Origin: Eledone cirrhosa
Taxonomy: Eukaryota
Length of the DNA: 64,000 nt
Assembly (NCBI GenBank): GCA_964016885.1
Contig: OZ024740.1
Location: 155,310,001-155,374,000 of the forward strand
Reading direction: 5' to 3'
Below are positions 27,115-43,516 of this stretch, piece by piece. The notes below the pieces were generated by a model, which was not told where the DNA came from, made no database searches, and worked only from the letters and a program-made list of their open reading frames with translations. The first letter of the stretch is position 1. Each line of letters opens with the position of its first letter. A program made the position numbers and the translations under genes.

Positions 27115-27171
27115 ATATGTTGTCTGATGAGGACGTACTGTTGTACATCCGAAATATGTATAATAAAATGT
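27115..27171 (+). ncRNA. Minimal type I hammerhead ribozyme
   Basis: CTGATGA at 27124, GAAA at 27151, predicted cleavage after 27162; inverted twin of 24311-24367. Confidence 0.85.
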
Positions 27172-27219
27172 AATTGATCAAAAGAACATCTATTTTATTA
27201 ATATTTATATTTTAATATT

Positions 27220-28929
<1,710 letters not shown>

Positions 28930-29037
28930 TAGAAAGATTTGAATGGATACAGTTTAGTTGAAAGGAATTTATTGACACGTGTTTCTATAACAGTTACATA
29001 ACCTAAAACAGCTATCTACAAACTTTTAGTTATGCAG

Positions 29038-29085
29038 ACATTCAATATTTCAATGTTATTATTTACTGTCATTTCATCAGAATAA
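29038..29085 (-). ncRNA. Hammerhead-like core, possibly degenerate
   Basis: ATATT-CTGATGA-AATG..CATT-GAAA-tattg-AATGT; stem I register and cleavage triplet are imperfect. Confidence 0.5.
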
Positions 29086-29651
29086 TATTACTGAGGACCT
29101 ATTTAGTTTTTATAGAGAATATTAGGAGGGAGGGGTGAAGTTGATAGAAGAATAGTTGAAGGAGTGGTTTTTCGATAGCAGTGAGAATTCTTGGTGGCAG
29201 TGAGTAATTAGATTCCCATCTGTTGTTTTGACATTTTTTATAGAATATATTATTGGTTATTTTTCTAAATCTATAGAAGGATTAGAGATAGTGAAGATAT
29301 GCGTGGTTGGTTTTGTGTTTGCACTTAATTAACATTCAGACTTAAATTTTTCTTTCAAGTGTACGTATCCTTTCACCCACGCATTCACACACAAATATAT
29401 TTGCACACCTCTACAAAATACATATACACACAATTCACATATTCATACTTACATATATATACACATGCATACACATATATATACACACATGTATTCATGT
29501 ACATACATACGCGCTCATGTGTATACATTTTCATACTCAACTTATCTTTATATACACACGTATAGACACACACATATATACATACATACTCTAGTCCATG
29601 TGTACACACATACACATACATACACATCCATATACACATATATACATACAC

Positions 29652-29696
<45 letters not shown>

Positions 29697-30017
29697 CATA
29701 CATACACAAACATACATATACACACATATACATATATATATATATATAAGCACTTTAATACATGAATACACTTACATCTAACTATACACATCAAACATAT
29801 ATATATATTTACTTATTTATATACATTTTTACATATATATACATACTTATGGACGTTTTTAGACACATTCATTATCGCATATTTGTACCTATTCTCATCA
29901 GCATATCTTTTCATTATTAGTATGGTAATTTATGGTTATTAATATATGTTGAGAAGAGATTGTTTTTATATTTTTCTAACTAGATTAAGGTTTATATAGT
30001 TGGGGGATGTCCCTCTT

Positions 30018-31209
30018 TTATGTAATATTCGGCTTGTAGTGGGAAAAAAGGGTTTTAGTTCTGTGACGGCAGAATAATGTTCGTTCAATTCTGTTATTCA
30101 GCAGTTTCTTCTTGTGTGTGATTATGTAATAAATCTCAAGATTACACAATTTGCAGAAATTTTGGCTCCTGGAAAAGCTTTGGGTTTTAGCTAATTTTTC
30201 CCATTTTAGGGTAAACTTTTGATCGCTATCCCTGAGCGTCCAAGCTTTTTCTGCTAGAGTTGTTACATTTCTTTGGCTCTGGTGTTTTATTGAGTAAGAA
30301 TGCCTATACAATCGAGATTTAAACGATGTTGCCGTTGATCCCACGTAATACCACTCGTTGCCTCCGGATTTAATGGTACACTTATAAATAATATTTTTTT
30401 CCAGGCAGTTATTGCCGAGGGGGCAGTTGTCAGGATAGGTGCAGTTACAGTTGTGTACGTTGGGTTTTCTCTGGAGTAGTATTGCGGACGAACTTAGGTG
30501 TGGTTTATTTATGTTCTGTAGTGTATTGTCTACTGTTTTTTTTGTGTTCTTTGTACTTAAGTTCTTAGTGTTTTCGTTTAACCTTCTAGTATTGATCTTT
30601 TTTATGTGTTGTTCAAGGTTTAACGCTGTAGAGTATGACAGTCTTATAGTGGTAGGGTTTAGGATTTTGTGGTATTTGTGTGATGTGGGAAAATGTCTTT
30701 TAATTATTTTAAAGAAGAGTACTGGTAAATTTGTACTAATGGAGCTATTGTATTCGGGGTTATACCATAAGTACTCTTTGCATCGCTTTCTATTAGTTTT
30801 GTTTGTTGGTTTACTGGTGTGCATACTATGGTAGTAAGTGTGGTTTGGTGTTGTGTTATTATATCTACCTATGTGGGATTTATTTTGGGTGTTTTGATTG
30901 TTCCCATCTATGTACTCTATTTTGTTGAGGTAGCCTGCTTTACTAAGGGCGTTATCGTAGTACTCGGCGTGTTCCTTAAATACTTGTATGTTAGAAGATA
31001 GACCCGAGATTCTAAGGGAAATATTTTTAGGGATAGATTTAATTATAGAGATGGGGTGGTTAGACCCAACATTTACGTATTTGAGATTTTCATTCAATTT
31101 ATGAAACGGTTTAATCAAACCAGAGTTTAAATTGAGTGTGACATCCAGGAAGTTAACTACTTTAAGGTTGTATTCATATGTTATAGTTAGTCCTATTTCG
31201 AGTAGTAGT
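30018..31209 (-). CDS. PLE polyprotein, partial (RT C-terminus plus GIY-YIG endonuclease)
   Basis: VVNFLDV, SNHP, WYNPEY, RLSYS, CNCTYPDNCPLGNNCL..IIYKC, YYVGST, CKLCNLE; frame stays open up to the gap. Confidence 0.85.
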
Positions 31210-31409
31210 NNNNNNNNNNNNNNNNNNNNNNNNNNNNNNNNNNNNNNNNNNNNNNNNNNNNNNNNNNNNNNNNNNNNNNNNNNNNNNNNNNNNNNNNNNN
31301 NNNNNNNNNNNNNNNNNNNNNNNNNNNNNNNNNNNNNNNNNNNNNNNNNNNNNNNNNNNNNNNNNNNNNNNNNNNNNNNNNNNNNNNNNNNNNNNNNNNN
31401 NNNNNNNNN
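31210..31409. other. Assembly gap (200 N)
   Basis: Run of n. Confidence 1.
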
Positions 31410-32262
<853 letters not shown>

Positions 32263-32264
32263 AA

Positions 32265-34143
32265 AACATAATTAACAAAAATACCATCAAACTCTCTTAC
32301 AGCACTACACCAAACTTCGCACAAAACATCGTCTCCTCTAACAACAAAAAACTCAACCCCGATGGCAGAAATAACCTAAATAGCAGTGGAGAACCGACCA
32401 GGAGGTGTAACTGCCCGGATAGATCTATTTGCCCACTCGACAATAGATGCAGAGACCGTAATGTGATCTACCAGTGCAACGTGAGGACGGATACCTCCAA
32501 CAAAGCCTATATAGGACTTACCGCATGTGACTTCAAGACCCGGCTATACCAACATAGACATACCTTCCGAAACCCGGCCCGGCGTCACGCCACTACACTT
32601 TCGGGCCACATATGGGACCTCAAGGACAACAACATCACCTATGATCTCACTTGGAGATTACTGTCCAGAGCCAATTCTTACACGGGAGGACGCCGTCCGT
32701 GCAATTTATGCTCGGAGGAAACTTTACAAATGCTGTTTTCGACGGACCAACTCCTAAACAAGAAAGATGAACTGGTTACTGCATGTAAACATAGATTGCG
32801 TAGGACTTACCTCGCCCTCAAACCCCATAATGACCCGGGGGGGGGGGGGTAGACTAGGGCTATAACACCCCACTTGCCGATTTTGCAATGGGTAACCCCT
32901 GCTTGCCAAGGAAGACGTAAGATCTTCTTTGTATTCTTTTATCGCTTCCTTTATTTCCTTCCCTCCTCTCTCCTTTGTCCTTCTACCCCAGCTCTTGTCC
33001 TTTGTCGGCGTCTTTTCTCGCCCACCCGAGGCTGCCCTTTGGCCCCATGTAGCCTTAGTACCCCCACCACCCCCTCCCCTAGTCTATGATAGATTTGGCG
33101 GACTCCGCCCTTTATAGCAGTTGGCTTAGACCCCGGATACTTGCCCGCTCTTTCCGACCGCTCCCACTATTCTCTGTGCCCTCTATATTTCTTAGTGGCA
33201 CTTATGCCTTATTTTTTCGTTTCAGTATTTCTTGCTTCGCTTTTCTTCTGGGCGGGGTGGATTCTGAATTTATTTCTCCGTATTCTACCTTTATTTCGTA
33301 CGAACTTTCATGTAGCTTGTTTTAGATCTTTTAGAGTTAGCATTAGTATATATTTTTCTCGGGACTCAGAATTATTATCTCGTACAAGTTCACTTTGCTG
33401 CACTGGGTCGTTGCTGGCCCGGGATGGAAACCTTTATTGTTTATTTCGTGGTAGTCTCTTTAGTATTTTGGCCCGTTTTGTTGACCCGTCACCGTATCAT
33501 TTACGTACTTATACCTCTTAAAAGGGTCTTTGCCTATCCGTCCCACCTAGTTCTTTTACTTATTTCGTTATTTCTTTATTTATTTCTTTCTTTACTTCTT
33601 TCTTTCTTTCTTTATTTTATTCTAGCCTAACAATAGCCTGACACCTAGGTCGTAGAATTTAATTTACTTTACTTTTTTCTTTACACTTATTTGCTTTTCT
33701 TCACTCTCAGTATTTTTTCTTTCCTATATTTCTACCCCCCATTGTTCTACCTACCGTTCCGACTTCCTCCCCCTCCCCTGTACCTTCTTTGACCTCATGC
33801 CCAGCTGTAGCTGGCACTACCAACGCTTGATTGGGTCTACTCCACCCCCTCCCCTCTTTCTCCTACTGGCAGGTTTAGCCACCATCTCCCCTACTAATTT
33901 GCAACCACAGAATTACTACTGATTTTTGACAATCACTTTGACCATATATGGAATTACCCCTTGAGAAGATCGGCTATTTAAATACCAGGATAAATTTTCA
34001 TTTAGTCCAGAATTAGCCGTCGAAACGGCTTGAGCTCAGCTGTCGGGGTCTTACTGGTTCCTATTACCCACTCTACTACCTCAAGTATTGAGTACTTTGG
34101 TGCGTTATGGTCCACCTGGTTCCTTACCACATTTCCTTCGTTA
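32265..34143 (+). mobile_element. Naiad-like PLE 3' portion (GIY-YIG about 32400-32852, 3' UTR, HHR, tail)
   Basis: CNCPDRSICPLDNRC..VIYQC, YIGLT..FKTRLYQH, CNLC..E, CKH; ends in (TA)n. Confidence 0.88.
33956..34049 (+). ncRNA. Type I hammerhead ribozyme, U3:A8 variant
   Basis: ACCCC-TTGAGAA-GAtCGGCTA..TAGCCGTC-GAA-ACGGCT tgagctc AGCTGT-C^GGGGT. Confidence 0.8.
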
Positions 34144-34178
34144 TATATATATATATGTATATTATATATATATATATG

Positions 34179-34222
<44 letters not shown>

Positions 34223-34228
34223 ATTATA

Positions 34229-34296
<68 letters not shown>

Positions 34297-34323
34297 TATA
34301 TATATATATATATCTCTGTATTT

Positions 34324-34545
34324 TTATTATGTAATAAACAACATAAGGCAATTATTCCATTTACCAGTGGTTTCTTAAAAGCAAAAGGTTTTGCTTTCAA
34401 TCCTCAGAATGAAAAAATCCTTTTAAGAAACCACTGGTAAATGGAATAATTGCCTTATGTTGTTTATTACATAATAATAATTAAGCTCTGTTGCTTACAT
34501 AGAGCACTCTTTTTTCCTGGACTTTTCCAACGGAATTACTTCATT
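34324..34545. mobile_element. Fold-back mini-element: HHR plus inverted tail
   Basis: 58-bp perfect inverted arms 34324-34381 and 34420-34477; the right arm continues into a tail with the bulged hairpin. Confidence 0.8.
34355..34414 (-). ncRNA. Type I hammerhead ribozyme
   Basis: TTTCATT-CTGAGGA-TTGAAAGCAAAA cc TTTTGCTTTTAA-GAA-ACCAcTGGT-A^AATGGAA. Confidence 0.85.
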
Positions 34546-34570
34546 CACACATATATATATATGTATATTA

Positions 34571-34622
<52 letters not shown>

Positions 34623-34625
<3 letters not shown>

Positions 34626-35580
34626 TATTGAAATTTCCGTTGGAAACAGAAAAGGTCATAGAAATGAAGAGTGCTCTATGTAAGTATCAGAGCAAAATTT
34701 AATGTATAAAAATCAATACAATATAATTACCTCATTACCAGAGGTTTCCCGAATGAGGCGAATACGAAATAAACGACTTCATTCGTTCGTCAGACGAGGC
34801 AATATAAAACATGGGCAAATACTTAGAAAAACACATCAAGAAAATCAAAAAAGATATAGATAAATGTAATAGAAATTGAAATATATAAAAATCTATCAAG
34901 AAGTATAGTTAGGTGTGTGTATATGTATGTATATACGCCCACAGATGTGCATATATGTATATGTGCACATGTAAATGTATAGTGAGAAAGTGTGCGTAAT
35001 TCTAAAATATGTATCTATATGTCTGTATTATACAGACAGAAATGGTTACATCGTAAATATATGAATATGAAAATGAAAGCGCGCGCATAAAACGCCTGGA
35101 CACTCGTACGCTTAGATGCGGAAAGAAAGGAGGTAAAGGGAGTGTAATAATTAAAAGAAAAGTATCAGTCTCGATATATTTATAAAAATATAACGATAAA
35201 TTAGAAAGAAAAGATATTAGAAAGAAAAAATTAAAGAAAACAAAAAAAGGGGGGTACATACATACACAGACACGCGTGTCTCACAAAAGAAATATAAAAA
35301 TAATTATGCTTATATACACACGCGCACTTACACTTCCATACGTTCGATACGTACATACACCCACACACACACACATACTTATACTTACGCATATAAACCT
35401 GTTTGCATGCCCTCGTATGAAACTGAGTAAGTAAAAAAAAAGAGAGGGAGGGGGGGGGGGGGAGAAGAAAAAAGGAACAAAACATAAAACCGAGATGTCA
35501 AAAACACGGATATAAAGACACGTACACATACGCATAATATATACATACACACACACACAAACACTTATACACACACATAT

Positions 35581-35612
<32 letters not shown>

Positions 35613-35740
35613 CATATACATACACGCACGCGCGCGCACATACGTAGTCACTCATGTACATATATAAAAAGTATACACACATTAAGGCGTTCAGCCATAT
35701 TGAAATGTGGATAAATAAGTACAAATATAAAATTGTAAAT
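34623..35740 (-). mobile_element. PLE-like 3' UTR and tail with HHR
   Basis: HHR followed by the bulged hairpin, ending at (TA)n; no ORF retained; right boundary inferred from the neighbouring element. Confidence 0.6.
34726..34803 (-). ncRNA. Type I hammerhead ribozyme
   Basis: ATTGCCTCGT-CTGACGA-aCGAATGA..TCATTCGg-GAA-ACC tct GGT-A^ATGAGGTAAT; 10-bp stem I with G-U pairs. Confidence 0.85.
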
Positions 35741-35742
35741 AT

Positions 35743-38556
<2,814 letters not shown>

Positions 38557-38605
38557 ATATATATATATATATATATGTATGTATATATATACATATATAT
38601 GTATG

Positions 38606-38637
<32 letters not shown>

Positions 38638-38727
38638 TAATGGAAAAATTTGAACAGGGACAAAACAGAGAGGCAGTACAACGAATGTTTATTAATTTAA
38701 CGCTCTGGAGAGTGGGGTGTTGGTGGG

Positions 38728-38760
38728 GACGACGTTTCGGGCATAAGCCCTTCCTCAGGT
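38728..38760 (-). ncRNA. Hammerhead-like minimal core with weak stem I
   Basis: CTGAGGA-aGGGC ttat GCCC-GAAACGTC; only about 2 bp of stem I visible. Confidence 0.5.
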
Positions 38761-40263
38761 GAGAAGTGGGTGGGAACAGAGTTCAAAGGGTGTGTAGGGG
38801 AGTGGTGGAGAGACATATAGCAAAAGGAAACGGTACGAATGAAAAAAATAAAAATAAAAATAAAAATAAAAATAAAAATAAAAATAAAAATAAAGCATGA
38901 TCAAAATACAAGGAATGAAATAAATTTAAATAAAAAAGCATGATCAAAATAAACTGAAATTAAAAGGGGGGTAAAACAGGTGGTGGAAGGGTGTGGGGTG
39001 TGTAGGGGTGGTGGCGGGTGGAGTGGGGAGAGGGAGACGGGTGTCCGAGCGGGGAGGGCTGAAGGTGGTGTTTGTGTGTACGTGTGTGTGTGCGTATGTG
39101 AAAGGGTTGGGGGAAGAACGGGGTTGCATGTTCAGGAAGAGGTGTGTGTGTGTGAGGGGGGGTCGGAGTGTCTGTGCGTGTGTGGATAGAGGGGTGGGGG
39201 GAGAGGAATCAGGAGACTGAGGGTGTAAATATGTGGTGGAAAGCACGTGTGTGTGGGGTTTAAGCGTGTTGTGGGTGTAGGTGGCGTGTGGAGAAAAAAA
39301 ATTTTTTGGGGTGTGTGTGGGTGAGTTATATAGGTGATTACGTAAGAGGATGGTTGAAAAGTTGGTAAAATCCAAAGGTGTTTAGTGGATTCTGTGGTGG
39401 TCAATTTCTGCGTGCGAGTATTCCATGAAGCAATGGTCGGAAGAGGAGAGATGTGGGGTGTGTGCGCAACAGGAAGTGGTCAAGCAGTGGGAGTGCTGTG
39501 TGTCTGTTTGTGCTGGGAGGTGGTCAGAGGGCATAGCAGCAGTCGGTGGAATGGTAAAGGGGCGAGGATGGGTAGGTGTGAAAGTTGGAGTGAGGAGGGT
39601 GTGTGTGTGTATTAGTAGAGGTGTTAGTGGGATGAGTGAGTGTGGAGCGAGGGTGTGGGTGGAACGGGGAGAGAAGGGTGTGTGTGGTTCTATGGAGGGA
39701 GTGTGGTGTACTGGTGTGTGTGTAGTTTGATGAAGGGGTGTTAGTGGGTGTTAGTATACGGGAGGTGGGGAGGGATTGAATGTAGGTGTGAGTGGTGGTT
39801 AGTGGTGGTAGGGTGTGTAGAGTTGGTGGTGTACGAGGGTGTGTGGGTACGTGTGCGTGGGGTTGGGGGGTGTTAGTGATGTTAGTTGCGTGTGGGGTGG
39901 GTGGTGTAAGTGGGTGCGTGTGTTCGTGTGCTTGGGGTTAGGGGGTGTTAGTGAGATTAGTTGCGGGGTGGTGGGATGGAGGTGTGGGGGTGAGAGGTGT
40001 GGGGGTGAGGGTTAGTGGTGGTAGTAGGGTGTGTGTTTAGTGTGAGCGCGTGTATATGTGTGCCGGTGGGTGTGTGCGTGTGATAAGGAGGGGGGAGGAG
40101 GAGGAGAAGGGAGGGATGTTAGTATGTTAATTGGGGAAGGGTGGTCAGATGAGGGGTGGAGTGGAGGTGTTAGTATTGTTAGTTGTGGGGTGGGCGGTGA
40201 AAAGGAGGGGTGTGTTAGTGGTGTTAGTGGGGGATAAGTGTGGGGGAGGGGGGCGGTCGAAGG

Positions 40264-43061
40264 CTAAAGGAATAATGGTGGGGAGTTCAGGCCGGGGGGA
40301 GTGTGGGTCTGTAAGATGAAGATAGTTCGTTGTTCGACCCTAAGGCGATTGGCGGGTGTTCCGTGGCACTGGAGTAGGCCACAGACTGTGAGATGGCGTG
40401 CGGAATGTCCAGGGCCACCAAAGTGGCGGGCGATGGGGGAACTACCCCCGAGACGAATATCCCGGAGGTGCTCAGTGAATCGGTCCGCCAGGCGATGTCC
40501 CGTCTGTCCGACATAAGTCGCGCTGCACTCCGTGCAGCGAAGCCCGTTGACTAGGTTGGAGGAGGTGCAGCGGAAGGCATGTCGGACAGAGAGAGAGTGG
40601 CCGTTGGGACCCTGGAAGGTGGTGGTGTTGGTGATGTGGGGACAGGTGTTGCAGCGGGGCCTAGAACAGGGAAAGGAACCGGGGGGGAACAGAGCGTGGG
40701 TTGGGGGGTAGGGAGCTGTGGACGAGGAGGGTGCGGAGATTGCGTGCGCGTTTGAAGGAGGGGAGTGGTGGGGTTGGGAAGATGTGGGAGGTGGAGGGGT
40801 CGGACTGGAGGCGTCGGAAGAGGCGGCGGATGGTGCGGAGGAGGGGTAAGGTGGAGGGGTGGTAGGTGATGGGGAAGGGGAGACGGTGGATGGGTGTGCG
40901 GTGGCGTGGGGTGAGGGTGGTGGAGCGGGGGACAGCACGGGCGCGGGTGAGAGCGGTGTGGACGAGGGGGGGGGGGACCTCTGCGGATGAAATGGCTGAC
41001 TAGGGAAAGGGCCTGGGACTCAAAGTCAGCATCTCGGCTACAGAGGCGGCGGATCCTGAGAAGTTGGGAGTAGGGAATGGAGTGTTTAGTGTGGGTGGGG
41101 TGGGAAGAGGTGAAGTCGAGGTAAGAGTGGGAGTCGGTGGGTTTGAAGAAGGCGGAGGTGACGAGGGAGTGGTGGCAGGGGTCGAAGGCGACGAAGATGT
41201 CTAAGAAGTGGACGTGGGTGGTGGTGATAGAGGTGGTGAAGTGGAGGGAGGGGTGGAAGGAGGGGTGGAAGGAGGGGTGGAAGGAGCAGAAGAAGGAGAG
41301 AAAGGAGTCGAACTGTTCTCGGGTGAGGGTCGTGGCTCCGATACAGTCGTCAATGTAACGACCGTACAGTTCGGGCGTGGGGCCGGTGTACTGGGCAAAG
41401 ATTTGGGCCTCAACATGGCCAACAAAAAGGTTGGCATATTTCAGGCCCATTCTTGTACCCATGGCTACCCCCGTGACCTGTTGGTAAAACTCACCCGAGA
41501 AGGAGAAACAATTCAGGGTGAGGACCAGCTCGGCGAGGCGAAGGAGGGTGGGGGTGGAGCGAATGGGGGAGGGGCGAAGGTCGAGGTAGTGTTTGAGGGC
41601 GCGTAGGCCGTCGGCGTGGGGGATGACGGTATAGAGGGACTTGATGTCTCGGGTGAAGAGGAAGGGCTGTGGGCCGGGTGGGTAGGTGAAGGAGTCGAAA
41701 AGACGCAGGGCGTGGTTGGTGTCGGAGATGTGGGAGGGGAGGGTGGTGACAAGGGGGGCGAGGATGGAGTCGAGAAAGGCGGAGATGAGTTCGGTGGGGC
41801 AGTTGCAAGCGGAGACGATGGGGCGGCCGGGGTTGTCGGGTTTGTGGAGTTTGGGGAGGAAGTAGATGGTGGGGGTGCGGACGATGAGGTGGGAAGCGGT
41901 GGGGGAGAGGAGGGAGGAGGCGATAAGGTCTTTGATGGTGGAGGAGACTTGTTGTTGGTAGAGGGGGATGGGATCGGAGGGTAGAGGGCGGTAAAAGAGG
42001 GGGTTACAGAGCTGCCTGAGGTCTTCGGCCGTGTAGAGGTCCGCGCGCCACACCACTACGGCGCCTCCCTTGTCCGCCGGTTTGATGACGATGTCATCTC
42101 GGCTACGGAGGGAGCGGAGAGCGAGGAGTTCGCCCCGTGAGATATTGTACCGTTTGGAACGGTGGCGGAAGTCGAAACGATTTACTGCGCTACGGCTGGC
42201 ATCGACGAAGGCGTCCAGGCTGCTAAATTGCCCTGGGGCCGGCGTCCAAGAAGATGGTCGTCGGCCCAGGGCGAGAAACGGGTCTGGGGCGTCCGGAGCC
42301 GGTGGCGTTCGGCCGAAATGTGCCTGTAGCTTAGTGCGTCGCACGAATCGCTCGACTTCCGTTCGGGTGCGGATTGTGGGGTATGAAGCGAAGGCCTCTA
42401 CTAAGGAGTGAGCGCTCGGGTGCGGAGAGGGGGGGTCAGGGGGTATGGTGACAACAAGGGGTGGGGTTTGGGTGTTTGGGGGGAAGGGAGGGTGTGGTGA
42501 GGGGTGAGGTGGAGGGTGGAGATTGGGTAGGGGTGTGGGTCGAGGGAGAGGTGGAGAGTGGTGGGCGTATGGGGATGGGCGGGTGGTGGTGGATGGGGTG
42601 GTTGGGAGGAGTGAGTGTAGCTTGCGGGCTTTGGTGGAGCTGAGGAAGGAGAAGAGGTTGTGGTTGAGGTTTTGGATGAAGGAGAGGATGGCTTGGGCGA
42701 GGAGGGGGTGGCAGGTGGAGTTAAGGCGGGGGAGGGTGGGGGTCAGTTGGTGGTCAAGTTGGCGGAGAGTGTAACGGGAGGCGCGGATGGAGTTGCGCAT
42801 CAGGAGGCGTGAGGATCGGGTGAGGATACGTTGCGTGGAGGGGGAAGCGGCGGGGGAAGGGTGGAAGTGTAGACGGAAGCCGAGGGGGATAAGGCGGAGG
42901 CAGTGGCTGAGGAAATGGATGTGGCTGGAGTGCCGGGTTTTGGCGAAGAGAAGGTAGGAGAGTTGAAGGGCAGAGGGGAGATAGCAGGGTGGGAGGAGGG
43001 GGGTGAGGAAAAGTTTGAGGCGATTATGTAGTTGGTGGAGAAAGGATCTCAGGCTGGGCAT
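40264..43061 (-). pseudogene. PLE RT-GIY-YIG polyprotein, frameshifted (one break in the homopolymer near 40970)
   Basis: IKPADKGG, LPKLHK..PGRPIVS, DIKSLYT, GVAMG, RYIDD, FLDI, SSHP; then CSRPRCNTC, YVGQT..RFTEH in another frame. Confidence 0.92.
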
Positions 43062-43516
43062 GGTGGGCGTTGGGTGAAAGAAGGGGAGGGATGAGAAAGC
43101 AGGGGTGTGAAGCGGGGTGGAGTGAACGAAGGAGTGAGTGCGAAGGATAGGCAGAGACGGGGGAGGGAAAATGAAACAGAAAAACGTAGGGAGGGGAGAG
43201 TATACACAGGAAAATTAAAGACAAAAAATCATAAAGGTAAAAACAGGCAATCGTGAACAAAAAATCATAAAGGTAAAAACACAGGCAATCGTGAACAAAA
43301 AATCATAGAAATAAAATTGTAAGAACACAGGCAAAGAATCATATACGGAAATAAACAAGTACAGTAACAAAATCAAACAGAGGTAATGCGTGGAAGGAAA
43401 GACCAAGTGTGGGAAGGTGTGTAAAGTTCGGAGAAAGGTCACGGCGGATTAGATCGGGGTTGAGCCGGTAGTTAAGTTATGTTCCAAGGGATGGAAGCCG
43501 TGTGAGCGTGTATTAT

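Larger units (their letters stand above)
24168..27219 (+). mobile_element. Naiad-like PLE 3' portion bounded by about 550-bp inverted repeats
   Basis: IR arms about 24263-24815 and 26668-27219; GIY-YIG remnant about 24816-25490 (CNCRIKTNCPLQNNCL..VYKC, YIGST, CPLC); left arm carries an extra 95-bp tail. Confidence 0.85.
28935..31209 (-). mobile_element. Naiad-like PLE truncated by the assembly gap
   Basis: ORF down to 30018, long 3' UTR, HHR-like core near the 3' end, (TA)n beyond. Confidence 0.85.
38636..43512 (-). mobile_element. Near full-length Neptune-like PLE
   Basis: RT plus zinc linker plus GIY-YIG, 1.6-kb 3' UTR, upstream partial tandem copy. Confidence 0.92.

Noticed and set aside
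24263-27219. DNA transposon with long TIRs
   Set aside because: The interior encodes a PLE GIY-YIG remnant and the arms are HHR-bearing PLE tails; there is no transposase.
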